DNA of 64,000 nt. It comes from Candidatus Bathyarchaeota archaeon. GTDB taxonomy: Archaea; Thermoproteota; Bathyarchaeia; Bathyarchaeales; Bathycorpusculaceae. Positions 51,438-63,040 of the stretch are shown piece by piece. The stretch covers positions 288,001 through 352,000 of the forward strand of contig CAWDYC010000007.1 of NCBI GenBank assembly GCA_963806535.1, given 5' to 3'. Position 1 is the stretch's first letter. The number at the start of each line of letters is the position of its first letter. Below the pieces are notes generated by a model. That model saw only the letters and a program-made list of their open reading frames with translations, did not search any database and was not told the DNA's origin. A program made the position numbers and the translations under genes.

Positions 51438-52041
51438 AACCGCAAGCGAGCAACCAATGTAAACAAGTCATTGTTCTAGATACTTCTGCTTTTGTGGCGG
51501 GTTTTGATCCTTTCTCATTAAGCGAGGAGCAAGTGACTGTTCCTAAGGTTGAAGAAGAAATAAGAAGAAATTCTATGAATAAACTGCGCTTTGAAACAGC
51601 CCTTGAAAACGGACGAGTGAAAATTAAAGCACCATCACAAGAATTTGTAAATCAAATTAAAGCATCATCCAGCAAAGTTGGCGACTCGTTCAAATTATCG
51701 GAAACTGACATTGAGCTTTTAGCTTTAGCCTTAGAATTGAAAGTCAACAGGTTACAGTCCTCAGATTGTCAGCGATGATTACTCAATTCAGAATGTTGCC
51801 ACGCAGACTAGGGATAGAATTTTTGGCGCTTGCCACTTTCGGTATCAAACGGCTTTTAGAGTGGATAAGATATTGCCCAGCATGTTACCGAGAATACCCA
51901 GCTAACAGCTCAGCCAAGGAATGCAAAGTTTGCGGTACCACTCTGAAGAGAAAACCGCGCAGAACCGTGAAAAAAAGTGAAGATAAAAGTAGCCTATGCT
52001 TCTTTTGCGACCTCATTAATTGTATCTTCAACGATATCTAA
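51434..52041 (+). CDS. nob1: Nob1-family PIN endonuclease (frameshifted)
   Basis: VLDTSAF, LSETD, SDDY..QNV, Zn ribbon. Confidence 0.88.
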
Positions 52042-53346
52042 TGCAGCTGCAAGCATATCAGTTTGTATTGTAAGCGGCGGAACTATCCTCAGCGTTGAAA
52101 CGCCACATGTAACAACGGCAACTCCACGTTTCCATGAACGCACCATAACTTCAGCTGCTTTTTGATGCGAAGGCTTTTTCGTTTCTTTGTCCTCGACAAG
52201 TTCAACGCCAATCATTAGACCTTTACCGCGTACATCTCCAACTATGCTGTTAGATTCTTTGAGTTCTTCTAATCTTTTCATCGCATAAGCTCCTTGCTTG
52301 TTGGCGTTGTCGAGCAATTGCTGTTCCTTAATAACATCTAGAACTGCAACTGCAGCAGCGCAGGATAACGGGTTTCCGCCGAAAGTGCTTGCATGTGACC
52401 CACTTGTCCAATCCATAATTTTTGCGTTGGCAATTGTTGCACCGATAGGTAAGCCTGACGCTAATGCTTTTGAACTGCAGATTATGTCTGGTTCGATGTC
52501 CCAGTGCTCGATAGCGAACCATTTGCCAGTTCTGCCTATGCCAGATTGAACTTCATCATCGATAAGCAGTATGCCATATTTGTCAGCGATTTTTTTGAGT
52601 TTTTGGAAAAACTCGGCTGGAGGAACCACATAGCCGCCTTCTCCTTGAATTGGTTCAAAAAGAATAGCTGCAACATCTTCAGGAGGCATATACTTTTGCA
52701 GCACTTGCTCTTCAATAAAATCTGCACACCAATAATTACAGGAGGGCTGTTCTAGTTTGAAGGGGCAACGGTAGCAATGAGGATAAGGAACATGAGCAAC
52801 TCCAGGCATAAAGGGAGAAAATTGTCTCCTCTGCACTGGTTTGCTTGCGGTGAAAGATAATGAACCCATAGTGCGGCCATGAAAAGCGTCTATGAATCCT
52901 ATAAATTGAGTTTTGCGCGTGTGCCATCTAGCAAGCTTTATTGCTGCTTCCACAGCTTCGGTGCCGCTGTTGCCGAAATAGGTTTTTTTCTCACATTCGC
53001 CAGGAGTTATTTTTGCTAACTTTTCTGCCAGATTGATGACTTCTTTGTAGTAGAAGTCAGTGTTAGAATAATGTAGAAAACGGTCACACTGACTTTTTAT
53101 GGCTTCAACTACGCGGGGATGGTTATGTCCAACATTCATGCAGGCTATGCCAGAGTTAAGATCAATGTACTCGTTTCCATCAACGTCTTTAACCACACAG
53201 TCGTTTGCTGATTCAACAACAAGCGGGTAAAACCGAAGATACGATGGAGAAACAAAACGTTCATCCTTAACAACAAGCTCCCTTGCCTTAGGACCTGGCG
53301 GGGAAACAACAATTTTAGGATAAGAATTCATTTGAAATAACTCCAC
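51994..53346 (-). CDS. Class III PLP aminotransferase (acetylornithine/GABA-type)
   Basis: SGTEAVE, FHGRT, EPIQGEGG, DEVQSG. Confidence 0.95.
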   Translation of the reverse strand: MELFQMNSYPKIVVSPPGPKARELVVKDERFVSPSYLRFYPLVVESANDCVVKDVDGNEYIDLNSGIACMNVGHNHPRVVEAIKSQCDRFLHYSNTDFYYKEVINLAEKLAKITPGECEKKTYFGNSGTEAVEAAIKLARWHTRKTQFIGFIDAFHGRTMGSLSFTASKPVQRRQFSPFMPGVAHVPYPHCYRCPFKLEQPSCNYWCADFIEEQVLQKYMPPEDVAAILFEPIQGEGGYVVPPAEFFQKLKKIADKYGILLIDDEVQSGIGRTGKWFAIEHWDIEPDIICSSKALASGLPIGATIANAKIMDWTSGSHASTFGGNPLSCAAAVAVLDVIKEQQLLDNANKQGAYAMKRLEELKESNSIVGDVRGKGLMIGVELVEDKETKKPSHQKAAEVMVRSWKRGVAVVTCGVSTLRIVPPLTIQTDMLAAALDIVEDTINEVAKEA

Positions 53347-53402
53347 AAAAAGGCTAGTAAAGAACCAATATTAACCTTTACCACGCTGTAAGCAACGTTA
53401 AT

Positions 53403-55229
53403 TTAAAAGAGCAGCAGGAGCAATATTAAAAATAGACCTTCTAACCCAAAAATTGGAAGCATTTGTTTTGCTTTTTTAATGGCTTTATCGACAAGCGTCG
53501 TTATCGATTTTAGTTGTTCTTCGCCGATTACTCTGACTTGCGGAACAGTGAAATGTAAGTAACCAGCACGGGCAACCTCTAAGGTTGCGCCTGCGTTTTT
53601 TGCAGCATCACAGATGTAGCGAATTAGCAATTCTTGATCCATCGCTTCGCCAACTGGATGGTAACCTCGCCGACCAGCCCGTCCCCCAGTGATCAATGCA
53701 CTCACAGCATGGGTATCAGTAGTGAAAACCTCACTTTCATCAAACCCGATTGAAGCCAAAGAGGTAAGAATCTTTTCACGCAATCCAGAAACCATGTTGT
53801 TTCCATCAATGACCACATAAACGGTTTTCTGGTTCTCCACTTGAACAACAATTGCCGTGATTCCGCCCGCACCCATTCCATTCCTTAATGAAAATTCTTT
53901 TGGAAAAACACTTTCAGCTCCAACCAAGAACCGTTTCGTCTGCAATTTTACCGCTTTTTGAATGCATTTTGAAGCTGCAGTTTGTAATTCATTCAAATGC
54001 GCTTCAACATCAACCAAATCGGTGATGCTATTGTGACTATTAACCACTACAGAACCGTTTAAACCGTATTTTTCTGCTTCTTCAACAACAAATCGACCAA
54101 GATCCTGAGGTAAATCTTCAGTTGTTTCCGGAGCGAGCGAAAAAGAAAGAAAAAGAGTATCTCCAAAAATTTGGCCTGTAGCCGTGGCAGCACCCTCAGT
54201 AATTCTGACAGAAGGCGAAGCTAAATCTGCTGTAGCCTTGAATTTTGCAGAAGTGCTTACCTGAGAAATTATTTTATAATTCTGTTCTTGCGAAGCTAAA
54301 TCAAGCTCGTGTCCAAGAATACCTAAAGGAGTACAAGTGACACAGCTATACTCTTTTTCAAAGCCTTGTTTTAGAAGAGAAGGCAAGAGACTGCTCCCTA
54401 TATTCTTGAATGGCCCGGGGTGCACGAGTGGAACAATGATGGCCGCTTTAGGTTTGGAAGAGTCAAATTTTAAAAGAGTAACTTCAATGTCTTTGTCTTC
54501 GCCCATTTCTTCAAGGTACTTTTCCATAGGCGCATTTTGATCAGTTGCCCAGTTAACTATAAAAGCTCTAAACAGGGGAATGGAGCGCATTGAAAATGTT
54601 TTTTGACCTAAGCGTTCGATAGAATAAAGAAATAGGCTTACTGCAAGAAAACAGATGAGAGGAGAAATAATTATAAAAAGCAAAATTTGCATAAACGGAA
54701 ATTTAACTAAAGTGCTATCCCAAAAAATGACAAAAGCAACTAAACAAAGGATTGGTTGAAGCAAGACAGATATCCCCTTTCTCCACCAATCCGATGTTGA
54801 AGTCGCAATTAAAACGATTATTCTAAGAGTTAGGACGGCTGCGAAGCCAAGTAGGCAAAATTTAACCCAGATTAAAGAACCAAATGGAAAGCTTAACAGA
54901 ATACCTAAGACATTGAAAACAAGCCATACAATCCATCCAACGAGGGATATAGCCAAAGTACGTCTTAAAGAGAAAATTGGGTCATTTCTAAGAGTTATCT
55001 TAGTCATTAGTAAATCAGAGACGAGCGTAATAGCTAAAAAAGCGAGACCAATTGCCAAACCATAAAATAGCTTTTGCGAGGCAGGGACAGCCAAAGTTGA
55101 AAGCCCAATTATCAGGCATAACACTGAGACCGCAATAAGCACTTTTCTTAAGGATGGAAGAGAAAACATAGAGGAATAGTGCTTAGAAGCGCTATCAATT
55201 GATTTGTTTAGTGAACTCTTGCTCTCCAT
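53403..55229 (-). CDS. DUF2070 membrane protein
   Basis: VHPGPF, HELDL, SHNS, DGNNM, TTDTH. Confidence 0.9.
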   Translation of the reverse strand: MESKSSLNKSIDSASKHYSSMFSLPSLRKVLIAVSVLCLIIGLSTLAVPASQKLFYGLAIGLAFLAITLVSDLLMTKITLRNDPIFSLRRTLAISLVGWIVWLVFNVLGILLSFPFGSLIWVKFCLLGFAAVLTLRIIVLIATSTSDWWRKGISVLLQPILCLVAFVIFWDSTLVKFPFMQILLFIIISPLICFLAVSLFLYSIERLGQKTFSMRSIPLFRAFIVNWATDQNAPMEKYLEEMGEDKDIEVTLLKFDSSKPKAAIIVPLVHPGPFKNIGSSLLPSLLKQGFEKEYSCVTCTPLGILGHELDLASQEQNYKIISQVSTSAKFKATADLASPSVRITEGAATATGQIFGDTLFLSFSLAPETTEDLPQDLGRFVVEEAEKYGLNGSVVVNSHNSITDLVDVEAHLNELQTAASKCIQKAVKLQTKRFLVGAESVFPKEFSLRNGMGAGGITAIVVQVENQKTVYVVIDGNNMVSGLREKILTSLASIGFDESEVFTTDTHAVSALITGGRAGRRGYHPVGEAMDQELLIRYICDAAKNAGATLEVARAGYLHFTVPQVRVIGEEQLKSITTLVDKAIKKAKQMLPIFGLEGLFLILLLLLF

Positions 55230-55489
55230 ACTTCCAACTCGGCTAAGCTGCCATATGGATTTAGAAAGAGTTATTAAAATTCTTTAGGCAAGATAGAACT
55301 TCATTCTCAAAACAAGAAACACAAATTTTTTTATAACAAATAAGGGAGGCAGGTGCAATTAGGCATGAAGAAGTCAAAAAACAAAGGAACAAAAGACCGC
55401 TTTACACCAATGAGAAGAGAAGTCAACATGGTTTCGGCAGAGGAACTGTTTTATCCTTAGGATAACAATTGTATTAGTTTGCGAGATAT

Positions 55490-55780
55490 ATGGCAGATCA
55501 AGACTTGCCTCCTTCAATATTTCACATGTTGGAGAGGAACGTAGGCAAAAAAATCAGAGTAATTATTGATCCAGCCTACGGTTTTGAAGGCAATTTGGTC
55601 GCCGTAACGCATGATCCTTCAGGCATCTGGTTGTCAGATGCAGAAGCAATTGTTTTAAGATCAACTATTGCTCAGCCAATTCCTCAAGTTGCTAGCCGAG
55701 AAGAAAGAAGCGAATTGTTTCTTCATTTGAATTCGGTTCAAAGAATAGAAGTTTTACACGCGACCCAGCCCAGACGATAA
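55490..55780 (+). CDS. Sm/LSm-like protein
   Basis: VGKKIRV...FEGNL...IWLSDA...LFLHLNSVQRIEV. Confidence 0.65.
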   Translation: MADQDLPPSIFHMLERNVGKKIRVIIDPAYGFEGNLVAVTHDPSGIWLSDAEAIVLRSTIAQPIPQVASREERSELFLHLNSVQRIEVLHATQPRR

Positions 55781-55788
55781 AGCTGTGT

Positions 55789-55962
55789 CTAACCGTGAAA
55801 GAATACTTTGGCCATGACAGAGATGACTATTAATGAAACTGAAAAGACAACGAGTAATTCAGGTCTAATTTTTACTCCTTCGGTTTCTTCTTCGAAGAAC
55901 CTAAGCAAACCTGCACTTGCTGCGGGCATTGGACCTGTATCTTTCTTTTTCTTCCTACTCAC
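55789..55962 (-). CDS. secG: Preprotein translocase Sec61beta (not in ORF track)
   Basis: Hand translation ...ASAGLLRFFEEETEGVKIRPELLVVFSV... Confidence 0.92.
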   Translation of the reverse strand: MSRKKKKDTGPMPAASAGLLRFFEEETEGVKIRPELLVVFSVSLIVISVMAKVFFHG

Positions 55963-56097
55963 CAATTATCCCTGTCCCTTCATGTATTGTCTGCATTTAA
56001 TTAATCTTGCGCAGGCAGAAGGCTAAACCATATTTTCATAAATCATACCTTAAATGTTTTAACGAATTTTATTTGCTTAATGTTAATTGGTGAGCAT

Positions 56098-56388
56098 ATG
56101 CAAATCCATGAATTTCAAGAAATGATGCGCCAACTATATTTCAAAAGAGACTCTGAACGTGGAATAAACGGAACTTTCAATTGGCTAGTTGATGAGGTTG
56201 AGGAACTAGGCGAAGAATTACGTAAAGGAACTGACAGGGAAGCTACCGAGAAAGAATTCGCCGATGTAATTGCGTGGCTTGCCTCTCTCGCCAACATAAT
56301 GGGAATTGATCTTGAAAAAGCAGCACTCAATAAATACAACCATAAATGCCCAAAATGCCAGCATTCACCATGTAAATGTACTTTTTAA
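56098..56388 (+). CDS. MazG-like NTP pyrophosphohydrolase
   Basis: WLVDEVEEL, EFADVIAWL, C-terminal CPKC..PC.C. Confidence 0.9.
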   Translation: MQIHEFQEMMRQLYFKRDSERGINGTFNWLVDEVEELGEELRKGTDREATEKEFADVIAWLASLANIMGIDLEKAALNKYNHKCPKCQHSPCKCTF

Positions 56389-56633
56389 CTTAGTCGTTTC
56401 TGTCCGAACCCTGTAGATACCCAAAAGTAAGGTCTGCTTCCTTTGCGGTGAACAATATCTTCCTTTTCAAGAAGTCGCAGGTGATGTATTACGACGCTGT
56501 AAGATAATGAAGCTTCTTTTGCCATTCTTCCAGCTGATCTTGGTTGGATGTCGAGAGTATCGAGTATTTTGGTTCTGGCTTTAAGACCGCAATTTACGTT
56601 TCTTATATTTTTTAGGTAAGCGTTTGGATGCAA
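56385..56633 (-). CDS. ArsR-like wHTH protein
   Basis: ARTKIL...SLSYSVVIHHLRLLE. Confidence 0.8.
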   Translation of the reverse strand: MHPNAYLKNIRNVNCGLKARTKILDTLDIQPRSAGRMAKEASLSYSVVIHHLRLLEKEDIVHRKGSRPYFWVSTGFGQKRLS

Positions 56634-56695
56634 GGCGTCGTTTATATTTATTCACCAAAAATTAACAAACGTTATAGATTGAAAAGCTTTCGGGC

Positions 56696-59600
56696 TTAAA
56701 CAAAATCGAAAAGTTTTGATTGCTTTGGCTTTTTGTTATCAAACATTGAAGCGATCTCTTCTTTTATTAGATCCATTCTTTGTGTGTAATATTTGGGCAA
56801 ACCGTAAGTGTCAACAAGCTGCTGCGCGGCGACCAGGTACTTCTCTATACCGCCACGGTAAACAGTAAGCGTTAACTTTCCACCGCAGAAGGGACATTTT
56901 CCTTTAAGGGGTAAGCGACGAAACTTTTTGTTGCACGATTTACATCTAAACGCTTGTGTTGAAAAAGCACGAAGGTTACCTGCTATATCTCGGATGAAAT
57001 GAGTTGTCAAAACTTTTAATGCAACGCGTTTAACGTCTACGGCGTCAATTCTTGAACCTAACTCTAATTGCATATTCAGTTTTTCTATCATTGATTTGAA
57101 TTCTTTGTATGCGCTGTTTGCGTTTCCAAGGTTTATGTTTGTTACTGGAGTAGTATATTGGAAGCCTTCAAACTGAGCTTCAGTTCCAAGCCTATGGCTG
57201 ATAACATCCATAATTGAGCTTACAGGTTTTGCTTCTCCTTTATCCCAAGTTTTTTGGTAAAACTCAAGAGGATAAGTTGCGTCAACATCAAAATCATGGG
57301 CTTGTCTTTGCACTTCCTTGGTGTTAACAAATGGAATCAAGAGTATAGGAGCATCCATAATTCCGCCTATCTGAGCAGGCAAGTAAATATTTGAGAAGTT
57401 CAGAAGCGTATCTAACGCCAGCATAATTGCATCTTCATCACCGTCACAGTCACGACGCTTAGCTGAATGCCATATGGGGTGGGCGTAAATCACGTTACGA
57501 TCGGTGTAGCCAACTATTCGCCCTAGAATACAAGCACAGGTGTGAGGTGCTAAACCAAAAACCAAATGGCCAACGAGGTCTTCAGGCGTCTTAACATTGT
57601 AGTAAGCTGAAAGCTTGTAAACTCTCACAAGTAAGTCGTCAATGAAATCTGCAATCTGAATGAAGTAATCTCCTGCTCGCCATGGAATCACAATGTCTTG
57701 AACCTTAAGCTCACAAACTTGATTAGGATCAGTTAAACTTGCACCACGTCTGTCAGCGGTGTAGCCTAGCTGCTCTTATCTTTTCAACAGACACTCCAAC
57801 TTCAACAGGAGTAAAATGTGTTAGGGGAGCGTTCGTAGCGTCAAAGCGGATCGTGCCGTCTTTGTATACGGATAAATCATATTTTGCCCGCAAAATCCCT
57901 TTTTCAATAATTTCCGGAGTCTTGTCCTTGTTAGTTAAACCTTTGACCCCTCTTAACATTTTTGGAGATGGATAACCAAGGGATTTACAAGCTTCCCCAA
58001 CAATGTCCTTAAAATTAACTGGTTGCCGCTGGTATTGAACAGCATCAGTTTTGCATGTAGGGCAACTATTATCTTTCAAAGCTCTTCCACAGCGAGGACA
58101 ATAATTCTCTTTAACCGTATTACATCCACAATCGGAACATTTGACCTTTAAAGTGTAATTTTTGCAATTTGGACACTTACGCTTAACCATTTCAACAAAA
58201 ACAGGACCTTGCTTTGCTGCTTCCAAAAGATCTCTATGCATACCGCCCGCAAGATTAACCGGGAAAAGGACGTGAACAGGGGGTCTCATGTCTCGTTTCT
58301 TAGCCTTCTCAGGACGTCCCATTCGTCCACCAACATAAGTCGGTGCTTTATCCTTAACTTGAACGCCCGAAAGCAAATTGACTGCTTCAAGAACATTCGA
58401 TGCTTTTCCAATGTCTATATTTTTACCATAACCCAGACACATTGCCAAAGCGCCTGCAGATTCACCTTCCAACAAAATCTTACCATCGCATAGCCTATGG
58501 GGAACAAGAATTTTTCTCAACAATCTCGTAACGTCTTCGTTAACATCGCATGAAATTTTACAAACAACATCTTCTTCGGCTAAAACCTCACCGGACGCCA
58601 ACCATTTTCTCAGCAACTCCACTTCTTTAGGATCACATAAGCTTGACCAAAAGAATAGGTAACTTGGGTGTAAAGGCACACCTAAACGCGAGCTAAGCAG
58701 CACTGCCTCCCTAAACGAAGGTTTATTGATAAAAGGATCAGTCACAAAACTATTTAACAGCGATAAAGAAATCTGAATATCTTCTGCTGCCTTCCGATAG
58801 TCTGAGCCAAAATTTTGTTCAATAGCTCTCTGAAGGTCTTTAGCCCACCATTCTTCAACGTACCCTGAAGGCGGAAGTGCCTTGTTAGAATAGAGAAAAT
58901 CGCCAAAACTGATCAGAATGTCTCCAAGAAAAAGGATTTTTTGAATTTTACCTTTAACTTCACCAAAATTTTCTAAAGTCACTCTAACTACGGAGTTATC
59001 CTTTAACAAAACAACAGGTGGCTCAATTGCATCCACTGGAAGGGTAACGCACCCTTTCCCAGGAAGTTCTAAACGCATCTGTGTTCCTGCTGCCAGAAAA
59101 TTCTCTAGAACATGCATTGTCGCAGGATGGATACCTACAGCAGAAAGACCAGTGTTTCTTGATCGACCGTACCTTAACCTAAATCCTCCTCGACGCGATG
59201 GAAAAGCAAAGATTGGACGACCTGCAATCACATCATCCATAAATCCGCCTGATTTCTTCTCTGATTTCTTTTTGAATTCTCTTAGCCAATCCCAGCCTTG
59301 AAAACCGATCTTGTCGATTATAACAAATACTTTTTGCGCTCGCCCAACGATGCCGTCGTTAACTACTCTTAGTGCGCCTCCTCTAACACGATTTGTTTCC
59401 ACTCTTGGCAGGTTCCGATATGAGGAGACTTCTACTGGGTCAGATTCTGTGCCTGTGCATTCAACAGGAATCAGGTTCAGCGCCTTTCTTAATTCTTCGT
59501 CAGGAATGTGATATTGAAAACGGCCAACTGACCGTTCATACAGTCTCAATTCCTCTATAAAACGGGAAACCTCTTCGTCAGTGGGCTTGTATTTATCAAG

Positions 59601-60101
59601 TCCCAGCTGTCTACGAACAAAATCGCCAACAACCAAAGTTAGCGCTTGATCTGTTCCGCCTGCCGACCTGATTGGTCCTGCAAAATATATGGCTAAATAA
59701 CGCGTCTTATCTGAGTTAGTTTTTATTTTTACTTCAGCTATCCCTTGTATCGGGGCGGCAGTTAACCCTTCAGTAAAAATTGCAAGCGCTGTTCGAATCG
59801 CTTGTTCTGCAGCCCTTTCAGGGTCCATGCTACCGAATTTTCCTAAAACAATTTCCTCTGCAACTTTAAATGCGATTTCTTCTCGTTGAATCTTGGGGCT
59901 TAATTCTCTGATGCTAAGCGCAACTTTTTTTGGACCAACTAATCCTTCCACTAAATCAGCAATGTCCTGCGCGACGATGCATTCTGTTTTTAATGAGGGG
60001 TCTAAACCTTGAGACCTGGCGCTGTCGCTTATAGCGTATAGTTGCTCCAGTGTTTTTTCCAATGTTTCAATGTAGTTTTGATAGCCTTTGCTAATGTTCA
60101 C
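56696..60101 (-). CDS. polC: DNA polymerase D large subunit DP2 (frameshift near 57750)
   Basis: YFAGPIRSAGGT, GFRLRYGR, GRMGRPEKA, KRRDCDGDED, C-terminal PIP box QSKLFDF. Confidence 0.97.
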
Positions 60102-60188
60102 AGTGCAGTGTCCCTTCGCAAGATATAGAATAATGGGTTATTTTGGCTTTCTAAAAACCACATAGAAAAGTCAATCACAAACTAGTAG

Positions 60189-60941
60189 CTAAACTTTAAC
60201 GCCTTTGATGGCACCGATGATTTCAGAAATCCTTTGATTAGCATCGCATGTTTCAGTAACATTACCGGTAACGATTATGTCTGCTCCGGCTGAAGCAGCT
60301 GACGCTGCTTGCTCCTTAGTTCGTATTCCTCCACCTACAATGAGAGGTATTTCAAGCAAATGCTTGACAGTACGAATCATTTCAGGGGGCACAGGATTCG
60401 CTGCGCCAGATCCACCTTCAAGATAAATGAAGCGCATCCCAAGGTATTGGCCTGCAAGAGCATGAGCAGCTGCAAGTTCAGGTTTATTATACGGCACTGA
60501 AATGGCTTTGCCGACAATACCAGCGGTGCCACCATCGCCCACTATTACATAGCCCATAGAAATAGGTTCTAAATGATATTTTTTTACTAGTGGAGCCCCA
60601 AGAATCTGGGCTCCCATCAGAAAGTAAGGATCTACTGAATTAAGAAGAGACATAAACCATATGGCATCGGCATAACTGCTTATGCCTGTAATGTTATTGG
60701 GAAAAAGTATTGTGGGAAGTTTTACAGAGGCCTTAATGGATTTTACAACGTCATCAAGGTGAGCTTGAGAAGCAAAAGTTGAGCCTCCAATCATTATCGC
60801 AGCGGTTCCGCTATTTCGGGAACTTTCAGCAATATTAGCAGCCTGTTGAACCGTAACTTTTTCTGGATCAATGAGGGTTATATGGATTGAGCCTTCAGCT
60901 TTTATTTTTTCAAGTAAGTATTTTTCGATCGGCCCTAGCAT
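60189..60941 (-). CDS. Geranylgeranylglyceryl phosphate synthase
   Basis: TLIDP, IGGS, YLEGGSGA, VGGGIR. Confidence 0.95.
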   Translation of the reverse strand: MLGPIEKYLLEKIKAEGSIHITLIDPEKVTVQQAANIAESSRNSGTAAIMIGGSTFASQAHLDDVVKSIKASVKLPTILFPNNITGISSYADAIWFMSLLNSVDPYFLMGAQILGAPLVKKYHLEPISMGYVIVGDGGTAGIVGKAISVPYNKPELAAAHALAGQYLGMRFIYLEGGSGAANPVPPEMIRTVKHLLEIPLIVGGGIRTKEQAASAASAGADIIVTGNVTETCDANQRISEIIGAIKGVKV

Positions 60942-60956
60942 GCAATAATCCTTCGA

Positions 60957-61223
60957 TTATTCTTTTTTAACAGATGTCACTGGAGTCCTTTTTGTAGAAC
61001 CATAAACCCGATCAGTCAACATGCAATAAACGTCAACTTCGCCTTGCGCATGTTTAATTGGAAATTCCTCTTTAAGACCACAGCTGCTGCATTGTGCAAC
61101 GGCATGACTGTCTTCCCGGGTAATTTCAACTTTAACAGTTTCTTTTCCGCAGGTCGGGCATGAGAAGAACTTAGGTAAACGTTTCTTAGGAATATGAACT
61201 ACTTTTTTCCTTCTTCGCCCCAA
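60957..61223 (-). CDS. elf1: Transcription elongation factor Elf1
   Basis: MGRRRKK...LPKFFSCPTC...CSSC...VDVY. Confidence 0.92.
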   Translation of the reverse strand: MGRRRKKVVHIPKKRLPKFFSCPTCGKETVKVEITREDSHAVAQCSSCGLKEEFPIKHAQGEVDVYCMLTDRVYGSTKRTPVTSVKKE

Positions 61224-61327
61224 ATATAACAGCCTTCTAAATTGGTGATAATGTTCATTTAATATTTATCCTTGTCCTTAAATACTTGCCTACAAACTCA
61301 ACAATGTGAGGCTGCGTGACCAACTAA

Positions 61328-62170
61328 GTGAAATTAACGACTTCAAGCTTAGACATAGATTTTTCAGAAGCCGAAAAAAGAATTTCCAGATTCATTAAAG
61401 AATACGTTGAAAACGCTGGAGCCAAAGGAATCGTACTTGGGCTGTCTGGCGGAATTGACAGTGGTACAATAGCAGCGCTTTCAAGTCGTGCAATAGGCGG
61501 CGACAAGGTGCTTGGGCTCATGCTACCTGAAGAGGAAAACTTCAGCCAAAACGACATCAACGACGCAAAAATAGTTGCAGAAAAGTTTGATTTGCAAACA
61601 CAGATTTGTGACATGTCAGACGTCTTAGGATGCCTGTACAAGGCGATACCCGTCTTTGATCAAAAAGATAGGGTTTGCAAAGGCAATCTAAAGGCAAGAA
61701 CAAGAATGATTTACCTTTACTATTATGCTAACAAGTTTAACAGAATGGTTTGCGGCAGTTCCGATAAATCTGAAACGATGATGGGGTATTTCACCAAATG
61801 GGGAGATGCTGCAGCGGACCTAACGCCAATTATGGACTTATACAAAACGCAAGTTCGAAAACTGGCAATTCATTTGGGTATCCCGAAGGAGCTTGCCTTA
61901 AAACCATCCACTCCAGCCCTTTGGCCTGCTCAGTTCGCAGAGACAGAACTTGGAATCAAGTATGAAACGTTAGATCTTATTCTTTATGGGCTTGAGAAGT
62001 TTATGACGACTGATGAAATTGCGGATCAGCTGAGCATTCAGAAGCCTATTGTTACTGTTGTGAAGAGCAGATGGCTTGCAAATGAACACAAGCGAAGAAT
62101 GCCATTAGCCCCGAAAATTGGGTATAGAACAGTAGGAAACGATTTTAGACTTCCAAGACATAGCTATTGA
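61328..62170 (+). CDS. nadE: NAD+ synthetase
   Basis: GLSGGIDS, GNLKARTRM, GYFTKWGD, HKR. Confidence 0.96.
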   Translation: MKLTTSSLDIDFSEAEKRISRFIKEYVENAGAKGIVLGLSGGIDSGTIAALSSRAIGGDKVLGLMLPEEENFSQNDINDAKIVAEKFDLQTQICDMSDVLGCLYKAIPVFDQKDRVCKGNLKARTRMIYLYYYANKFNRMVCGSSDKSETMMGYFTKWGDAAADLTPIMDLYKTQVRKLAIHLGIPKELALKPSTPALWPAQFAETELGIKYETLDLILYGLEKFMTTDEIADQLSIQKPIVTVVKSRWLANEHKRRMPLAPKIGYRTVGNDFRLPRHSY

Positions 62171-62183
62171 ACGTGGAAACCAC

Positions 62184-63017
62184 ATGAAAAACAAAATTAG
62201 ACTCGCCCTTGCTCAAATAAGCAGTAGACGAGAAAACAAAGAAGTAAATTTCCAGAAAATTGAGGAATTGACTTTAAGGGCAAAAGAGCAAGGTGCCGAT
62301 CTTGCAATCTTTCCTGAGCTTTCACTGTCTGGATACGTGGTTAGAGATCAATTGTATGAGTTAGCGGAGACTATTCCAGGGCCAACCGTTGAGAAAGTGG
62401 AGAAGTTGGCAAAGGAAGCGGGCATGCACGTTATTTTTGGTATGCCAGAGTTAAGCGAGAAAACACAGGCAACGATTTTTAACACCGCTGTTTTAGTTGG
62501 TCCAAAAGGGTTAATCGGTAAATACCGCAAAATGTATTTGCCAACTCACAGTGTTTTTGAAGAAAAAAGGTATTTCCGTCCAGGTTACCAGTCAGCATCG
62601 TTTCAAACAGATTTGGGTAATATCGGTTTATGCATTTGCTATGACATTTTCTTTCCAGAAGTCATCAGACTCACCCGGTTGAAAGGAGCACAATTAATCG
62701 TGTGCATATCAGCATCTCCAGCAGTGCGCCGAAGCTATTTTGAAACATTAACTTGCGCTAGAGCAATTGAAAATACAGCTTACGTTGCTTACGTTAACCT
62801 TGCGGGAGTTCAAGATGGGTTGCAGTTTTGGGGAGGAAGCAGGTTAGTTAGTCCATCTGGAGATATTCTTGTTAAAGCCAAATATGATGAAGAAGACTTT
62901 GTCATTTGTGACATAGATTATGCGGACCTACGTTCTGCGGAAACATTCATTCCCACATTGAAAGATTTACGACCAGAACTGTTCGATAAACTAAGAGAGT
63001 ATTCAGAACTTCTTTGA
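62184..63017 (+). CDS. Carbon-nitrogen hydrolase (nitrilase family)
   Basis: FPEL, YRK, ICYD catalytic triad. Confidence 0.93.
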   Translation: MKNKIRLALAQISSRRENKEVNFQKIEELTLRAKEQGADLAIFPELSLSGYVVRDQLYELAETIPGPTVEKVEKLAKEAGMHVIFGMPELSEKTQATIFNTAVLVGPKGLIGKYRKMYLPTHSVFEEKRYFRPGYQSASFQTDLGNIGLCICYDIFFPEVIRLTRLKGAQLIVCISASPAVRRSYFETLTCARAIENTAYVAYVNLAGVQDGLQFWGGSRLVSPSGDILVKAKYDEEDFVICDIDYADLRSAETFIPTLKDLRPELFDKLREYSELL

Positions 63018-63040
63018 ACTTGCGCTAAAGAGTATTTCAT

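Noticed and set aside
56696-60101. DP2 as a split or intein-containing gene
   Set aside because: The halves join with one frameshift to a normal length; no intein motifs seen
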